From assembly GCA_964234715.1 (NCBI GenBank), contig OZ174282.1: 64,000 bases of DNA; one strand, given 5' to 3'. A model generated the notes under the pieces. That model saw nothing but the letters and a program-made list of their open reading frames with translations. It ran no database searches and was not told the DNA's origin. Positions 37,573 to 51,078 of the stretch are shown here, one piece after another. The translations under genes were made by a program, and so were the position numbers. This stretch comes from Podarcis melisellensis (Eukaryota). How positions within the stretch are numbered: the stretch's first letter is position 1; each line of letters begins with the position of its first letter.

Positions 37573-38206
37573 TGTGAGGGCACATACTTCCCTTGAATGA
37601 ATGGGGATTAGTCACCCTGTGAGATGTGTGCTCTTAGCTGATGCACTACTTAGAAAGAAAAATGTATAGCTTCCTAGCCAACTATCTGCATGGAGTGTGA
37701 ATGGGTGAGAGAACTGTGTCCTCTGATGACTCCATTATATGATGGCTATCCTCTGTGAACTGTCATCTCTGACTGATTGACTCAGGTTGATCCCATCTTC
37801 TCCCAACTATATTGTTCTATTAAAAGGGGGCTGTGAGTTCTCAGTGCTGTATAGGTAATAGATATGGAAATGTGAAAATCAGTAAGAGACACACAACTTC
37901 TACCTTTGAGACCTAGAGTGCACTCAATCAACAGACTTATTATTATTCTCCTTCTCCTATCCAGCCCCCTCTGTCCTCACACAGGCAACATGAACTCACA
38001 GAGGCAACATAAACTACTTTTCTGCCCTCTTCCTGACCATCATTGGGGACACAGGAAGCAAGATGTTTACACTGTCATTCTTTGTTCTTATCTTTGTTCA
38101 TGTTTCTCTCTAAATGTCTGTAAACTCTGATTTCCTCAATAAAACTATTTAACTTCATAATTATAATTCTGTGCCAGGGATAAATTCATACTCAACCCTA
38201 CTCACA
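37573..38206 (+). mobile_element. Candidate solo LTR
   Basis: TGTGAG...CTCACA ends, TATA-like motif ~37818, AATAAA at 38138; no clear TSD. Confidence 0.35.
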
Positions 38207-38907
38207 TTGCTACTGGTTCCCATGCTGTTAAGGGTCTTGCACCTCCCTCAATTAAAGGGAGTTCTTTTGAAAGGAGTGTTGGACAGACACATCTTAAATA
38301 TTGGCGACCTGGTTACTTCAATTGTAAGAAGAGCAAGACAGTGGCAGCTTTATGAGGAAAGATTTTTGTGTACTTAAAATGGTTAGAGGTCACAAGTAAC
38401 CCCAGCTTTTGCCCCCCGAGCCATGAGGGGTGATGCAACCTTAATACAGTGATGGGAGAGAAAAAGGAGTTTAACATAAATGGGGGCAAAGATGGCAGGA
38501 GAGACATTCTGTAAGGAGCATCATTATGTGGCCTCAAACAGCACAGAGCAGAGTTTGTACATGCATTATTTTTGCAGGAGGAAAAGACAGAAAAGGCCAA
38601 GTCCTGAAGATGCTACAAATGAAGTAGGAGTTGGCAGCCCTTTGGATATAGGAGGGGAATTCTCTCTCTTTTCATTTGAAGTCACTGGCCAGTTTCTCCA
38701 AGCTTTTCCACTGAGAACAGTATGAACATTACTGTAACTTAAATTGACTTTCAAGTGAGTGATTCTGCAACTCAATAATTGCCTCATAGCTTAGTGAGCC
38801 TTTATAATACAATCTATCCTCAGCACAAGTCCTATAATCAATTTGCTGTACTTCAGGAGCCACCTGCTCCTCACTGAGGACAAACAGCGGCATAAGTGGC
38901 ACTGTAC

Positions 38908-39143
38908 CTGGATGTCCATGAGTCCTTGTGAGCGGATGGTGCCTCGGTTGGGAGTGATGGTAAATTCTTTGGGCTTTGCCCCTCCACTGCGTGCCTTCCT
39001 CCACGTTGGCCTTGAGATGTCAGAGGCTTGATGCTCACTCATGACACTTGGCTCCCCAGTGCCATCTCCTGGGACACGAAGGTCAAAGGTCATGGGCACC
39101 AAAGAGGTGTTGATGAGGCAGCAGGACAGGGTGTGAGGGAAAC
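38908..39143 (-). CDS. HYDIN: HYDIN window exon 10 (236 nt, 1-0): FPHTLSCCLINTS...GLMDIQ
   Basis: cag|GT, CAG|gtaca. Confidence 0.94.
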
Positions 39144-40102
39144 CTGCAAGAGAATGTTTTCACCCAACAGGAATTGTGAAGGAGCTTCATGAAGGCACTG
39201 AAAGTGACCCAAAAGGACACTCATTTGGACTCCTCCACACAGTCAACTTTTTCTTTTAGGAAAAGGAGTTTGTGCCAACGGCCCACACAGCAAGCGCACA
39301 GGTCCATGTCATATAGCAACAGTCCCTCCTCAATGTGTAGAAACAACTCTTCACCTAGAGGTATAGGTGTTCTGAAGGAATAACCATACATGGTTTGCAA
39401 GGAGAGGGGGGTTCCTAAATAACACTCCAAGCCCTATGCTAGAAGGGAAGGCAACCCTCCAACCACTTCTCAAGGCTAATTTCCAATCTACACAGGTGTC
39501 AATCTAAAAGTAACTCCCAAGCCCATATATGGTAGTGAGTCAAGATCTGCTCAGGAGAAGTTCAATGAAATCCTTAGCAAGGAGTTCTAGAACCTAGAAG
39601 CAGCCAGTGATAAGATCCTCTCTTGAGTTCCTGCCAAACGTGCTTCAGAGGTTGGTGGGACAGAGCAAAAGGCTCCTGAGGGTCTTAAAAGCTGGGCAAG
39701 CTCAAGTGGGAGAAAAGGAGACCATCTGGTCCCAAGTCGTGTGTGTGGAACACTTTGAATTGTTCGTGGAAATTGATTATTTGCAAACAAAGTTGGTATA
39801 GCCTAGGAGCCACATGCCTTGAATTACTCTTCCTGGTCAATATTTTATGTATTTGAAATATTTCTAGACCACTCTTAAACCAAGACAACTTCAGGATAAG
39901 CATAAATGGGCACAAAAGGTAGATCAACACAAACAGGTACAATGGGCATAAGTAAAAAATATTCATACTAACAGTTAACATAAGAGATTAACAAAATGTC
40001 ATGGTGAAACATAGAAATAGAACTATAAAAACTATGATGCAAACTATGTCACACATCACAAAAAAGATTGTCCTGTTGGTGCCACTTGAAGTATGTTGTC
40101 CA

Positions 40103-40456
40103 CAGGCATACCTCATTTTACTGCATTTCATTTTATTGTGCTTTGCAGATGATGCTCCTTATGAGGATGTGGGTACAGCTGCAGGCAGCCCAGCCACTTC
40201 CAGAGGAAGGAAGCCCACCCCCCACCTGCCACTACCCCTCTCCTGGGCATGGCAGTGGAGCTGGCAAAGGCTATATCCAGGTTTCCTCCCTCCAGCCTCT
40301 GCAGCTAGGTAGGCCTGGATTAGTATACAGTATGGTGTAAACATAATTTTTATATGCACTGGGAAACAAAATAAATTGTGTGACTCGTTTTATTGCGATA
40401 TTCACTTTAGTGTGGTGTTCTGGAAAAGAACCTGCAGTATCTCCAAGATATGTCTG
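40103..40456. mobile_element. Tigger1-like non-autonomous pogo element
   Basis: CAGGCATACCTC...ATATGTCTG|TA; the 3' ~130 nt closely resemble the recalled Tigger1 end. Confidence 0.8.
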
Positions 40457-40499
40457 TATTTGCAAATGAGAACACCCTGCTCGACTTTGGAATGCCCTC

Positions 40500-40960
40500 C
40501 CCACTCAGGACTTTTTCTTTTAAAATACATACATACTTCCACTACAGAAGGCACTCAGAGCAGGGCCTTGATCAAAGATCTTAAGACGTGGGAAGAGGAA
40601 CTCCGCCATGTATTTGGGTCTCAAGCTTTCTAAGGTTTTAAAAGGGCCAGCACTCGGAATTGGGCTCGGAAGCAAAGAAGCAGCCAATGAAGTTCTTTCA
40701 AAATTGATTCAATGAACCTACCTGGTTGTACCAGTCAAAATTCTGGGATTTGAGTTCTGCACTAACGGAAGCTTCCAAGTCATCTTTAAGGGAAGCCTCA
40801 TATATAAAGCCATTACAAATGATCCAGACATGAGGTTATCAATGTATTGATCGCCATGACCAAGGTATCCCTGTCTGACTACAACATTCTGAACCAGCTG
40901 GAATTTCCAAACACCCTTCAAGGCAGCTCTCTAGGTAGGCCAGCCAGCAGCCAAGGCATC
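40500..40960 (-). mobile_element. L2 ORF2 remnants
   Basis: ORF 40718..40921: WKFQLVQN...LYMRLPLKMTWKLPLVQN. Confidence 0.65.
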
Positions 40961-42271
40961 AAAATGACTCAATTGGATTTTTATTTTTAATTTATTCATC
41001 AAAAACAAAGAGGGGAGGGCTAAAATGAAATGGTGTTGAGTGCTGGAAAATGTGCAGAAAAAGTAATGAGTTCTCTTGAATAACAGGAATATGGGGCAGG
41101 CTTGGGCAAGTTATGGTGGATATCAAGCACCAATTACGCCTTCAGCCACACCACTATTGATTTCACATTTAAACGTCAGATTGTCTTTAATGAGGCTGGG
41201 ACAGAGGAGCCAGGATCAACACTGGAATGGAAATTATCTGAAATAACGAGTTAAGAATATATTGGGGAAGATGAGTTTGCAGCAGGAAGAAGGAAACAAA
41301 TACAGGCCTACAAGGAGAACAGGGGGGTTGAATAGCTACATCAGCAATAGGAACATAACAAGAGGATCAGACCAACAGTCCACCTAGTCCAGCCACAGTG
41401 GTCAGGCAGATGCCTCTGGAAGTCCATAAGATGGAAAGACAGCTGTCCTTTCCTAATTAATTTGATGGTTTTTAGAGCTGGAACCCCTGAGGTTCAGAGG
41501 CAGTCCATTTAGCTATCATATTAATCGGTTTTGAAAGACATTAATTGGTCTTTTTATTATTCAAAGCCAGTGACCATCATTTGTTCTCGCAATAATGAAT
41601 TCCATAAGGAAATTATGCATTGCATGAAGTGGTACTTTATTTGGTCTTTCCTGAAACTAATCTCAGTCAACCCTAATCCTTCCTAAAGATTATCTGATTG
41701 ATTGATTTGTATTTCCCTAGCTCTTGGTTCTTCACCCCTCCCCCCCATCTCATTGACTTTTGTTAGGCTCTCTTAGAACAGCTTCCACCTCTTTCTTCAA
41801 AACCCACCTTAAAACTCACTTCACAATCGCCATTTCCTGGAGATGAGTTAATGCCTCACCTTGAGCACACTCTCAGCTGCCCTTACCTAGCCCTCCCCAT
41901 CCTATTATTTCTACTCCTGCCATATGCATGCTCTAAGGCTGGTACTCCCTACAGAAGGTGGCCATGCTGGCTAGGGCTGATGGGAGTACTGGTCCAAAAC
42001 AGCTGGAAGGCCACAAAGGTTGGTGAAGGCTACTCTAAGTCATCTGGGTATGAAGGGACAAACCCATCACGATTTCTATGCACTGCTCTTTGTGAGCACC
42101 TGGGTGGTGGCCCTTAGTAGGAAACAGAACACTAGAGTATTAGATGGATGTTGGTCTGATTGAGCAACACATTTATTATGGCCTTAAAGCCAGTCTAGCC
42201 TACAAGTAGGATTCATAACTGGCCTTGTTTTTAAAGAAATCTAACTAATAATTATAATTTATTATTATACA

Positions 42272-42303
<32 letters not shown>

Positions 42304-42304
42304 A
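42272..42304. repeat. (ACT)n microsatellite ~27 nt into the intron after exon 9
   Basis: Seen directly. Confidence 0.9.
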
Positions 42305-42330
42305 AAAATCCACAAATAGTGCAAACTTAC

Positions 42331-42398
42331 CAAAGGAGACATCCCCAAAATTGAGGGATGGGACATTGAAATGAAATGTCGGTCCAATGACGCAGCCC
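42331..42398 (-). CDS. HYDIN: HYDIN window exon 9 (68 nt, 2-1): GCVIGPTFHFNVPSLNFGDVSFG
   Basis: cag|G, G|gtaag; translated by hand. Confidence 0.95.
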
Positions 42399-42866
42399 CT
42401 GAAAGGGAAAACAGAGACTCCTTTGTAACAGGACTCAGAGAAAAGTCACCTTTAGTTGAAATAGTTAGCAGAACTTTTAGGGCCAAAGGCTCCCACCCTG
42501 CCTTTGCAACACACACAAGTGTGGTTGTCAGGGGACCAAGGGAGAGAGTTATGCTTCAATTGTTGTGGAATACAGAATCTAACGCCAGATGCATTTGGAT
42601 ATAGATGCACATGTGCACATATGTGCGCACACACTCATCTGTGTCCCAGACTACAGCTCAAGAAAGCAGTAGAGAACTGGGACCTCCACTGTCTGCATAA
42701 CCTCCTTCTTGAGTTATGAATGTGATGGACATCAGGAAGTGGGTTGTCAGTACAGCTTTGTGTGTCTGTATCTCTACAAAAATGTTTTCTTTTTAAACAT
42801 CAGTTTTACCTCGAATCTTTCCTAAGGATATGCTTGAAACTCATTGCCATAGTTTCTCCAGCTTAC

Positions 42867-43090
42867 CTAATCACTAAGATCACAGGCTGGGGAGATCCAT
42901 TCACACTAAATTTGAACTCTTCAAAGAACTGTCCCAGGATAGTACAGCTGAAGGTGACCTGAATGGCCTGGTGGCCTCCTGGCTCAATTATTCCTTCACT
43001 GGGCTGAAATGTGAAACAGGCACCCAGGGCCGTGGATGGCCATATCAGGCTGAAGAGGGCATCAATAGCTCCTTTGTTAGAAAGGATGGC
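42867..43090 (-). CDS. HYDIN: HYDIN window exon 8 (224 nt, 0-2): AILSNKGAID...PVILVIR
   Basis: cag|GCC, AG|gtaag. Confidence 0.95.
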
Positions 43091-43271
43091 CTGCAGCAAG
43101 GGAGAGGAGAAGATGAAAACAATCTTAATTCTCAAAGAAGCAACTCATTTACATTTCTGTTAAAACTGGTGCTGCTGTCTCCAACTTCCATTCTATTGTT
43201 ACCGTCATCACAGATGTCTAGATTACATAATCCTTGGCTAGGAATGTGGGAAGTTGGCTTCTATGAAACAA

Positions 43272-43433
43272 AGGTAGATAAGAGTGTTGGACTTTAGACA
43301 GGGAGACCTGAGTTCAAAACCTCACTCAGCCATGACTCTGACTGGATGGCCTTGGATACCCTGTTTCTCTTAGCCTAAGTGACCTCAAAGGATAAAACAA
43401 TGTGAATGCCCTAAGCTCATGGAAGGAAGGCAG
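43272..43433 (+). mobile_element. tRNA-derived SINE remnant
   Basis: gtagataagagtgttggact...gagacctgagttcaaaacc (A/B boxes), then ctcagccatga...ccttgg. Confidence 0.55.
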
Positions 43434-43463
43434 AGCACAGCTCTGATGAATAACAGGACTCAC

Positions 43464-43582
43464 CTCATAACTGTGGGCTGAGCCAACAAAAATTTTCCCA
43501 ACATCCAGCTGGTCAAAGTTGAAAAGCAGCTTGGGGGCCATGGCCTCTCCTTTGATGCGCAGAGGGAGCCGGGTCTCTCGCC
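43464..43582 (-). CDS. HYDIN: HYDIN window exon 7 (119 nt, 1-0): RETRLPLRIKGE...GSAHSYE
   Basis: cag|GG, GAG|gtgag. Confidence 0.95.
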
Positions 43583-46500
43583 CTGAGAAGATGAGACTCT
43601 ACCTTTAGGATAGGAACTCAAAAGATACTGAGTGAAGGAAGCACTAAAGGAAAAAAGGGAAACTGGACTGAGAGAAATAGTTGAAATAACAGCTAGGGTC
43701 TTGTCTGACCATCAGGACTGTTTTGCACAAGTTGTAATTTCAAAGTTACATCAATTTCTGAAAAAGCATGAAAATGTAATGTTGGGATATTCTAATCAAT
43801 GCATCAAACTCAAGAGAAATGGTGCAGAGAGGGCTAAAACTCAGAACCAGGTCCATACTTTGAACACCCGAGTAGACAGATATATAGCCAGGAAGCCAAC
43901 TCAAGCAAGGCAAGTTCTGACTTACTTGGAGTCCTGGATCCATCATGTTGCCTGGACCTTCAGTGTTACTACATGTTACTACTTTGGCTTGAGCCCAACA
44001 TACTAGGAGGAAAAGCTCTGCTCAAAAGGCAAAGCTCCTGGTTAATAATAACTGAGTCTTTCTGGTGGGCTTTCCAGGGAAGTATCACTCCCTCTGGGCT
44101 TTAGATGAGAGTATATATACTTTATACAAGAAGAAAAAACCCACTGTGTAAGTGGATGCTTTAATTTGTAGTCTGTGTGGCACATCCATTTGTTGAATCC
44201 TCTGCTTTAGCCCTTAAAAAGTTCCTGTTCTCTCTCTCTCTCTCTCTCATCACTGCATGGGGTTTGCTTGGCAACAACCACACATGGTAATTAGCACAAA
44301 TGTGTACTAACACACTGCATTTGTGTCTGGCAGCTAAAACGGCTGTCCCTGTTTTGCTTCCAGCCAAGGGAGTTGTTTTAACTCTTTCCTCCTTATAATT
44401 CCATATCGTGGGACTGTCACAGCTTTACAGGGTTAGGCCTGCAAATGATCCATGGGAAGGGACAGCAGTGATGGCATAGTTATGTCAGGGAGAAGCCAAA
44501 GTCCAGAGCAGCAAATAAAAATAAGAGCAGCCAGGGCAAGAACACAGTCATGGTATTATGGGGTGGTCAAGTTCCGAAAGGCAGCAGTCTAGAAGTGTGA
44601 GGTGCAGCATGGGAATTTCTAGAGCAGTTACTCCCTCAGGAGGGACAGTTATATAAGCCTGGCAGTCAAGTTCCTATTGGCTCCCAAGATCACTTGGTCC
44701 AGCTAGGCAGATCAATAGTTCCTTCTGCCTGACAGCTGCCCTGGCAGCACAGAAGGGCAGGTGCCAGGGCCCTGTGTTGCCACATCCCCTGCAAGACAGA
44801 AATAAAGTACAAGGCAAGGAACCCTTATTCCTTACATTAGGTCCCTTCATTTCTGCATATCCTTCTGTTCTGATTTTTTTGTTATCCTCTTTCTAGTGAC
44901 TTCCTGCATTCCAACTCACCCCTATTCTGTATCTTTGTACATTTTCTCTCATCGCTTCTTATTTATGGAATATATTACTAGCCCACATTAATTCATTCAA
45001 TTGTATCTTTTTCTTTTAAAATAATAGGACGTTGAAGTTCCTTTATTTCAGCTGGCCTATTTCTAATTCCAGTTGGCTTTCATGCACTCAAGTTCTTAGT
45101 TTTGTTTCTAATATTTTGTTGTCAAAATAAGGTTGTCAACCTCTATTTTGATGCATGTTCTTATAGCACCTAAAGTTAGCTTAAGCACTTCATAAATTAT
45201 TTTTACTACTGTTGTTATTAAAGCTGAAGAAAATTGTGTACTTTTCTGCTGTACTTGTATTTGAAGTGCTATCCATCCTTCCAGATGTTTTTACCACTGA
45301 ATCTAAGGAGGCTAGCTCTGATCAGTAGCTGGATAGGACACTGCCTGAAAACCAGTCTGCTCCCACTCCCATGTATGTCACCTTGGGTTCCAGGATGCAA
45401 GAAAGGCAGAATATAAACCATACTAAAAAGAAAAGGACCCAATTAAGGCTGGTCCATTAACTGTCCCACCAACCTTGGTCTGCCATCAGCCAGTCCCCAC
45501 CTGTCTGCTTTCGTACATCTGTTCCAGGGGCTGCTGGCACTGGCTGTCAGCTTTTTCCTCCTCAATCTTTGTGTTGTCATTAAGTAGAGAGGAGGATGGG
45601 GGCAAAACTAGAATTAGTTGGCTCTGCCTGTCTTTGGCTCTAGCTCCACTTCCTACTGGCCTCTCTGCCTTCCACCAGCCACCACTGATTAGACCTTCCC
45701 AGCCCTATACTGGGGATCAGCAGTCAAGTTCTTCAAGGAATAGCTAGGAAGTTGTCAACAAATATAAATTTCTTTTCCCCTCTCCATGGAATCCTGGTGG
45801 ATCAATGTGGCTTATTGTGAGTGGCTGATCATAATACCATTTCTACGTGCTCTTGCAAAGCCTACAAGGATATGGTTGTTTTCTTGAAAGATTACAAAGT
45901 ACCACAGAAGTGGACTTAAGTCTTTTCCCTATCTGCTGTTTCTCTACTCCAAATATATCCTCCTCCCAGCAATATTTCCCCCTCCAATTGCATTTGATAC
46001 TCAAGTTCAGTGTTCCAAATGTTTGTGGTGGGAACATTTGAAACAACGTGGAGAGAAATTAAGTTTGGGTGAGATGATATGGAGTAAAAAAGTGGCTGTG
46101 GAGAAAGGGTTATACACTCCTTTCTTCCCCCAACCACTCTTCCATTCAAGATTTACACACAGAGAGAGGGGGGAATGTGTCAGCAGCTGCTATTGTTGCA
46201 AAGACTGCTGTGCTGGAGACAAGCACCTCCTGCTGCTGCTGCTTGGGTCGGGGAAGTGACAGAAGCAATGCTACCCTGGTCTCAGCCTCTGGCCAGGTTG
46301 GGGTGGCCAAACATGGAAGGAGAGAAAGAGAGGAATGGAAGAAAGATTCACATGGCCCTTCTGTCCCACACTCACTAGCAGCACGATTCCCATGACCCCT
46401 TGGGTCTGCACCCTTGGTAGAGGCCAACCTCACCAGGAGCTAGGTATGCTCCTGTCCAGAGCCTGCAACAACACACTGCATCTCTGCAAAGGGCAAACAA

Positions 46501-46717
46501 ACATGTTCAGGGCTGGTTTCTTTCCTCTTGTCAAGCAGAGCAGACTAAAACATGTGCTTCAGACTGTGCTAGGCACCTCCCAATCAAAGTAATAGGCATC
46601 TGATGTAACTGGAAGGCCTATTGATCGCAGACTCACCAGAGTGCGTGATCAGACTTCAGGAATTCTGAAAGCACCTACTGTATCCCATAATGACAGTGTG
46701 AGGTGGGAATATCATAC

Positions 46718-46817
46718 CTGAGATATCACAGTATACAGTTCGGTGATAAACCCCAGCTTCTTGTGGCCTGAAGATCACGCTGATTTCAGTTGTGGAATTG
46801 GGCCAAACTTCTCCCTC
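46718..46817 (-). CDS. HYDIN: HYDIN window exon 6 (100 nt, 0-1): EGEVWPNSTTEI...VYCDISG
   Basis: Not in ORF track; translated by hand; tag|GAG, G|gtatg. Confidence 0.94.
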
Positions 46818-47740
46818 CTAAAGATGGAAGGGAAGTGATATGTGAGGTCTTTCAAAAACACTTTAAGCATCACACTTCCAGCTCTGCCTTCTCAACATGA
46901 AGCAGGTCTAAATAATCCTTTCATCCTGGGGAGCAGGAAGTGCAGCATTTGCTGGACTGTCTTCTATGGCCAAAGATTCCAACAAGACCCAGCAAGGCAA
47001 TTTCCCAACCCAAAATTAGGGGCACCTGGGGCCTCTAAAACGTCCCCTTGCTAAGCTCTCCCATACCATCTTTACTCAGTTTCACACATTCAAGTCTCAT
47101 CCTCCCTACTTCTGTCTGTGCATGGAGCTCCACTAGCTTAATAGGACCTCCATCTTCAAAAACAGTGTCCCTCCAAGTGGCAGGTGCCAGCAGCAAACAT
47201 GTGTTTGTGGCTATTTGCTTTATGCTCTGCTTGTAAGCTTTCCAGAGGCATTTGACAGGCCTCCATTGGAAACAGAATTCTGGAGTAAGTGACACAAAGG
47301 CAGAAGCCCCTAATGCTAAAAGACCCAATGGAGCACCTCATTTTTTCCTCCAAGACATCTGAAGCACCCCTAAGAGCCCAACCCTTCCTTTAAGGAAGAA
47401 GATATCACCTTCTTACCCAAGCAGGTTCTTTAATTGCTCTGTTGACTAACCAACCAGTGCTCAATGGAGCAGCACTATCCTTTCCCAAGACTTGGGCATT
47501 ATGGTCTTGACAGTGACCTTTTAAGCCACTGAAACAACACACCTGACTCATGCTCAGTGTGTCATCCAGCAACTCTCTCTGCTAAACCTTTTGCAGTAAT
47601 CTTTGGCTGCTTTCCTTCCATTTTATACTTGTACCTTTCTTTTTTTTAAACTGTATGTATGTAACACTTTACATTGAAAATTAGGAAGCTGTCATACACA
47701 TAGTCAGCCCTCTGGTCCATCTAGCTCAGTATTGTCTACT

Positions 47741-47895
47741 ATTATAATAATTAAATTAAATTAAGTTAAATTAAATTTGTATACTCCCCTATATCTGTAG
47801 ATCCCAGGGCAGTTCACAACATAAAATTACAATATAAAACACACACAATACATAATGAAAATAAGAACAAAAACAGAACAAAAATCCCCCTCCCA
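47741..47895 (-). mobile_element. L2-like 3' end inserted into a SINE, 7-bp TSD
   Basis: GTCTACT at 47734-40 and 47896-902; SINE sequence resumes on both sides. Confidence 0.7.
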
Positions 47896-49759
47896 GTCTA
47901 CTCTGACTGGCAGCAGCTCTACACGGTTTCAGTCAGGGGGCATATTGTATTGTTGACAAATCTGAAGATCATAGTTGCTACTCCCACGTCAAATATTTGA
48001 CTAAGGCACCAGAACAGGAACACTGAACTCTGTGTATCACAGGATATGGCTTTCCAATCTAATGTTGGTCTGATTATTACTTTACCTTGCTTTCTTTCAA
48101 ACCTCATACAATAAAGTCACACAGGCCTCTGACAGAAGCCTAGCAGAGGTCAAGGTATATTGGTTGGCTCAAGTGCTTAGAACTTTATCCACAAAATCCA
48201 TTAAGTTATCAGAAAAGACCTGGTATGGCTTGTTTTTTATAAAAACATATTGATTATCAGAACTAATGCTATTTTCCTCTTACTGCTTACAACCAAACAC
48301 ATGAGCTAGTTTGTCCGCACATGGGCTGGGAAGCAGAAGTGTATAGCTATGTGTGCTGGATGGTCAGTGCACACAAATGAGTGGGCATTTCATTTCAGGG
48401 GTCTTGCAGCTCTTACCAAGAGTCTGCAAAATAACAGCCCACATTGAAGGGTCAGTGAGCAGGACAGATTCAGATAGGTTGGCTGCATAGCCATCATTTC
48501 ATGCCACAATCAGCAAGACCAAGGATGCCCTTACAGATGGAGCTAGCTTACCAGGCTCCTTCCTACCTGGACTCTCAGAGTTTCGGATGCAGCCCAATAA
48601 GGTTGTAAGAATTGCATCACTGGAAATGCTGTTTGTTCCCAGCATCCTGTTCTCAAGATGCATTTTACTCTATGACTTCCCCAGGGAACCAGAAAGCCAG
48701 ACACACCCAGGTAAAACTACCGTGTTAAGAATGGAGCCATCAGAAGCTCATTGCCTTAGTGTTGCCTCCTTGGCACACATTCCCAGACAGTCCTTCCCCT
48801 ATTAGCTGGAGTCATCACCAGAATATCTAAGCTTGCAGGCCTACCTCAAAATATTATGGGCTAATTCATGACAAATGCAATACATCACCAGCTAATTAAA
48901 AGGAGCTCACTCTGGTAAATATGCATTTGCCAAGTGGCTTTCTAGGCGGTTGAGTTTAGCTGTGTTTCAGCTTTTATTTGCTGCTGCAACGATCTGATAA
49001 GAGGGTATAAAAAGTTAAATTTCCTGACAGAGCAGCATATTTAAAGGGGAGGGCAGTGATGTCCTGTCAAGGGCAGTGCAATAGCAGCACACACCTTACC
49101 TCCCTTTGCTTCTGGTTTCCATTTCCAAGGAGTCAGCTTGCACATGTTCACAATGTGACTTGCAGCTAATAGATGTTGCAAATGGAATCAAAGCTATTCA
49201 GCAGTTAGACGAGCAAAAGCCACCTGGGCTTCCCCCAGAGCTTTTTTGCTGACAGATCATGCTTCTTTGCAAAACCAAATCAAGCTAAATTTGAGATGTA
49301 CTCTGAAAGTCAGAGTTGCATAACCATTTATTTCCCATGGGCTTGGAAAGATGCTCAGATCGTTTGGCTTTTTACTTTCCACAAACATATTCTTTTTTTT
49401 TAAGTTGGGTTCCTTTATTTTTCCATAACCCTTTAGTTTCAGAATCTGTCCTCAAGTTGCTTTGTTCAAGCAACAAGATTAGACCAGACCACAAAGAGCT
49501 TAGATCTGCAGCCCAGAAACAACTCTTTACTAACACCACTTACTGACTAGGTGGCTCTGACTCACCAGTGGGTCTCTGGAGTGATGCCTGCAGACTAGTA
49601 AAAACAACAAATCATCTTGGATATAGCCTCGTTGGCTTTTGTCATTTACTGGTTCCCTGCTGGAGATCTTGCTCTTCACATACAGTTTGCACAGTGAGAG
49701 ATCTTCAGTTCCAGATTTTCTGCCTTAAGTAGCAGGTTGGACTAGGAGCCTACAAGGAC

Positions 49760-49990
49760 CTCAGTCCCACAGGAGTCAGTAATGACCACCAACCTAGGTG
49801 GCTTTAAAAGAGGATTCACCAAATTCATGGAAAGGGCTTCTGAATACCATTTGCTGGAAATCACAGGAAGGGAGAATGCTCTTGTGCTCACTCCTGCTTG
49901 TGAGTTTGCCACAGGCATCTGGTTGGCCACTGTGAGAACAGGATGCTGGACCAGATGGGCCACTGGCCTGATCCAGCAGGCTCTTCATGA
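49760..49990 (+). mobile_element. CR1 3' fragment
   Basis: ggctttaaaagaggattcaccaaattcatgg...gatgggccactggcctgatccagcaggctcttc. Confidence 0.75.
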
Positions 49991-50289
49991 TCTCACGGCT
50001 CCCTTTCCAGGTCTAAGTTTCTATGAAAACATCATCCAAGGTATATGGTTTTGGAAAAAACACAGATAACAATAATTACAAGCTTTCCTGCTTGCAAGCA
50101 AGGTTTTAATTGGTGCCAGCAGAAGAGAAAGCTGAATCTCCCAACATCCAGCTTCATTGAACGACCCCCAGTGAGGTCTAGTTTCAAGAGAGAGGGAGAA
50201 ATTTATCTGTCTACTTTCTCCGCACTGCAAATAATTTTATACAACTCTCATTTCACCCCCCTACTCAAGAGCACAGCAACAAAGTTTAT

Positions 50290-50600
50290 GAGAACGGTTG
50301 AAGGAGCTGCATGTGCTTAGCCTGGAGAAGAGCAGATTAACAGGAGGCATGATAGGGGTCTTCAAATATCTAAAGGGCTGTCAGTCATGCAGAAGATGGA
50401 AAAGGCTTGTTTCCTGTTGCTCCAGACTACAGGAAAGGGCAAGGAAGCAGGTGGCAAGAGTTGTTCAACTGTGGAACAGGCTCCCTTAGCTAGTGGGATG
50501 CTTTCTTCCTCTGGAGGTATTTAAGCAGAGACTGGATGTCCAATTCCCAGGGATGCTGTAGTTGCACCTCCCTCATCCCTTTCAGTGCTATGATTTAATG
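50290..50600 (+). mobile_element. CR1 3' fragment
   Basis: RLKELHVLSLEKSRLTGGMIGVFKYLKG, typical of the CR1 ORF2 end. Confidence 0.8.
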
Positions 50601-50847
50601 GGAGGGAATGTCCTAGTGCTGGGTCTGAGGATGGTGTACAGCTCCACTATTGATGGAGGTGCCCTCAGGATTTTAAGAAGTGTTAAATATGGCTTTTGCC
50701 CAGTGCTACCCCCATCCTATCAATGACTCTGCACTTTTTAAACCATGCTCTGCTGGCATATATTTAGTGGCAGAACAGCTGCAATGGCAGAGCATTCTGC
50801 TGGCATACCTGTGGTGTTCCATTGGCCTTGTCTGTCATGGTGGTAGT

Positions 50848-50966
50848 CATGGGTGCAATCAGGATTTTGGGGGTCAGGGTTTTTTGGTGGGTGCCGAACC
50901 TCAAATTTGTATTGATTTGTATTTAGGGGGGCATATGTCTGCCACCCTGCCAGGGCTACACCGATG
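50848..50966. mobile_element. Small hAT MITE (119 bp)
   Basis: Imperfect TIRs CATGGGTGCA/TACACCGATG; 8-bp TSD GTGGTAGT/GTGGCAGT (7/8). Confidence 0.65.
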
Positions 50967-51078
50967 GTGGCAGTGCATCTTGCATTCTGCCAAATCCAAG
51001 AGCCCCTTAGCCAGCATTGCTCAAACACAGGATTGCTTGGTCAGCCTTCCATCTCCATCGTGAGGAGAATAACAGGTA

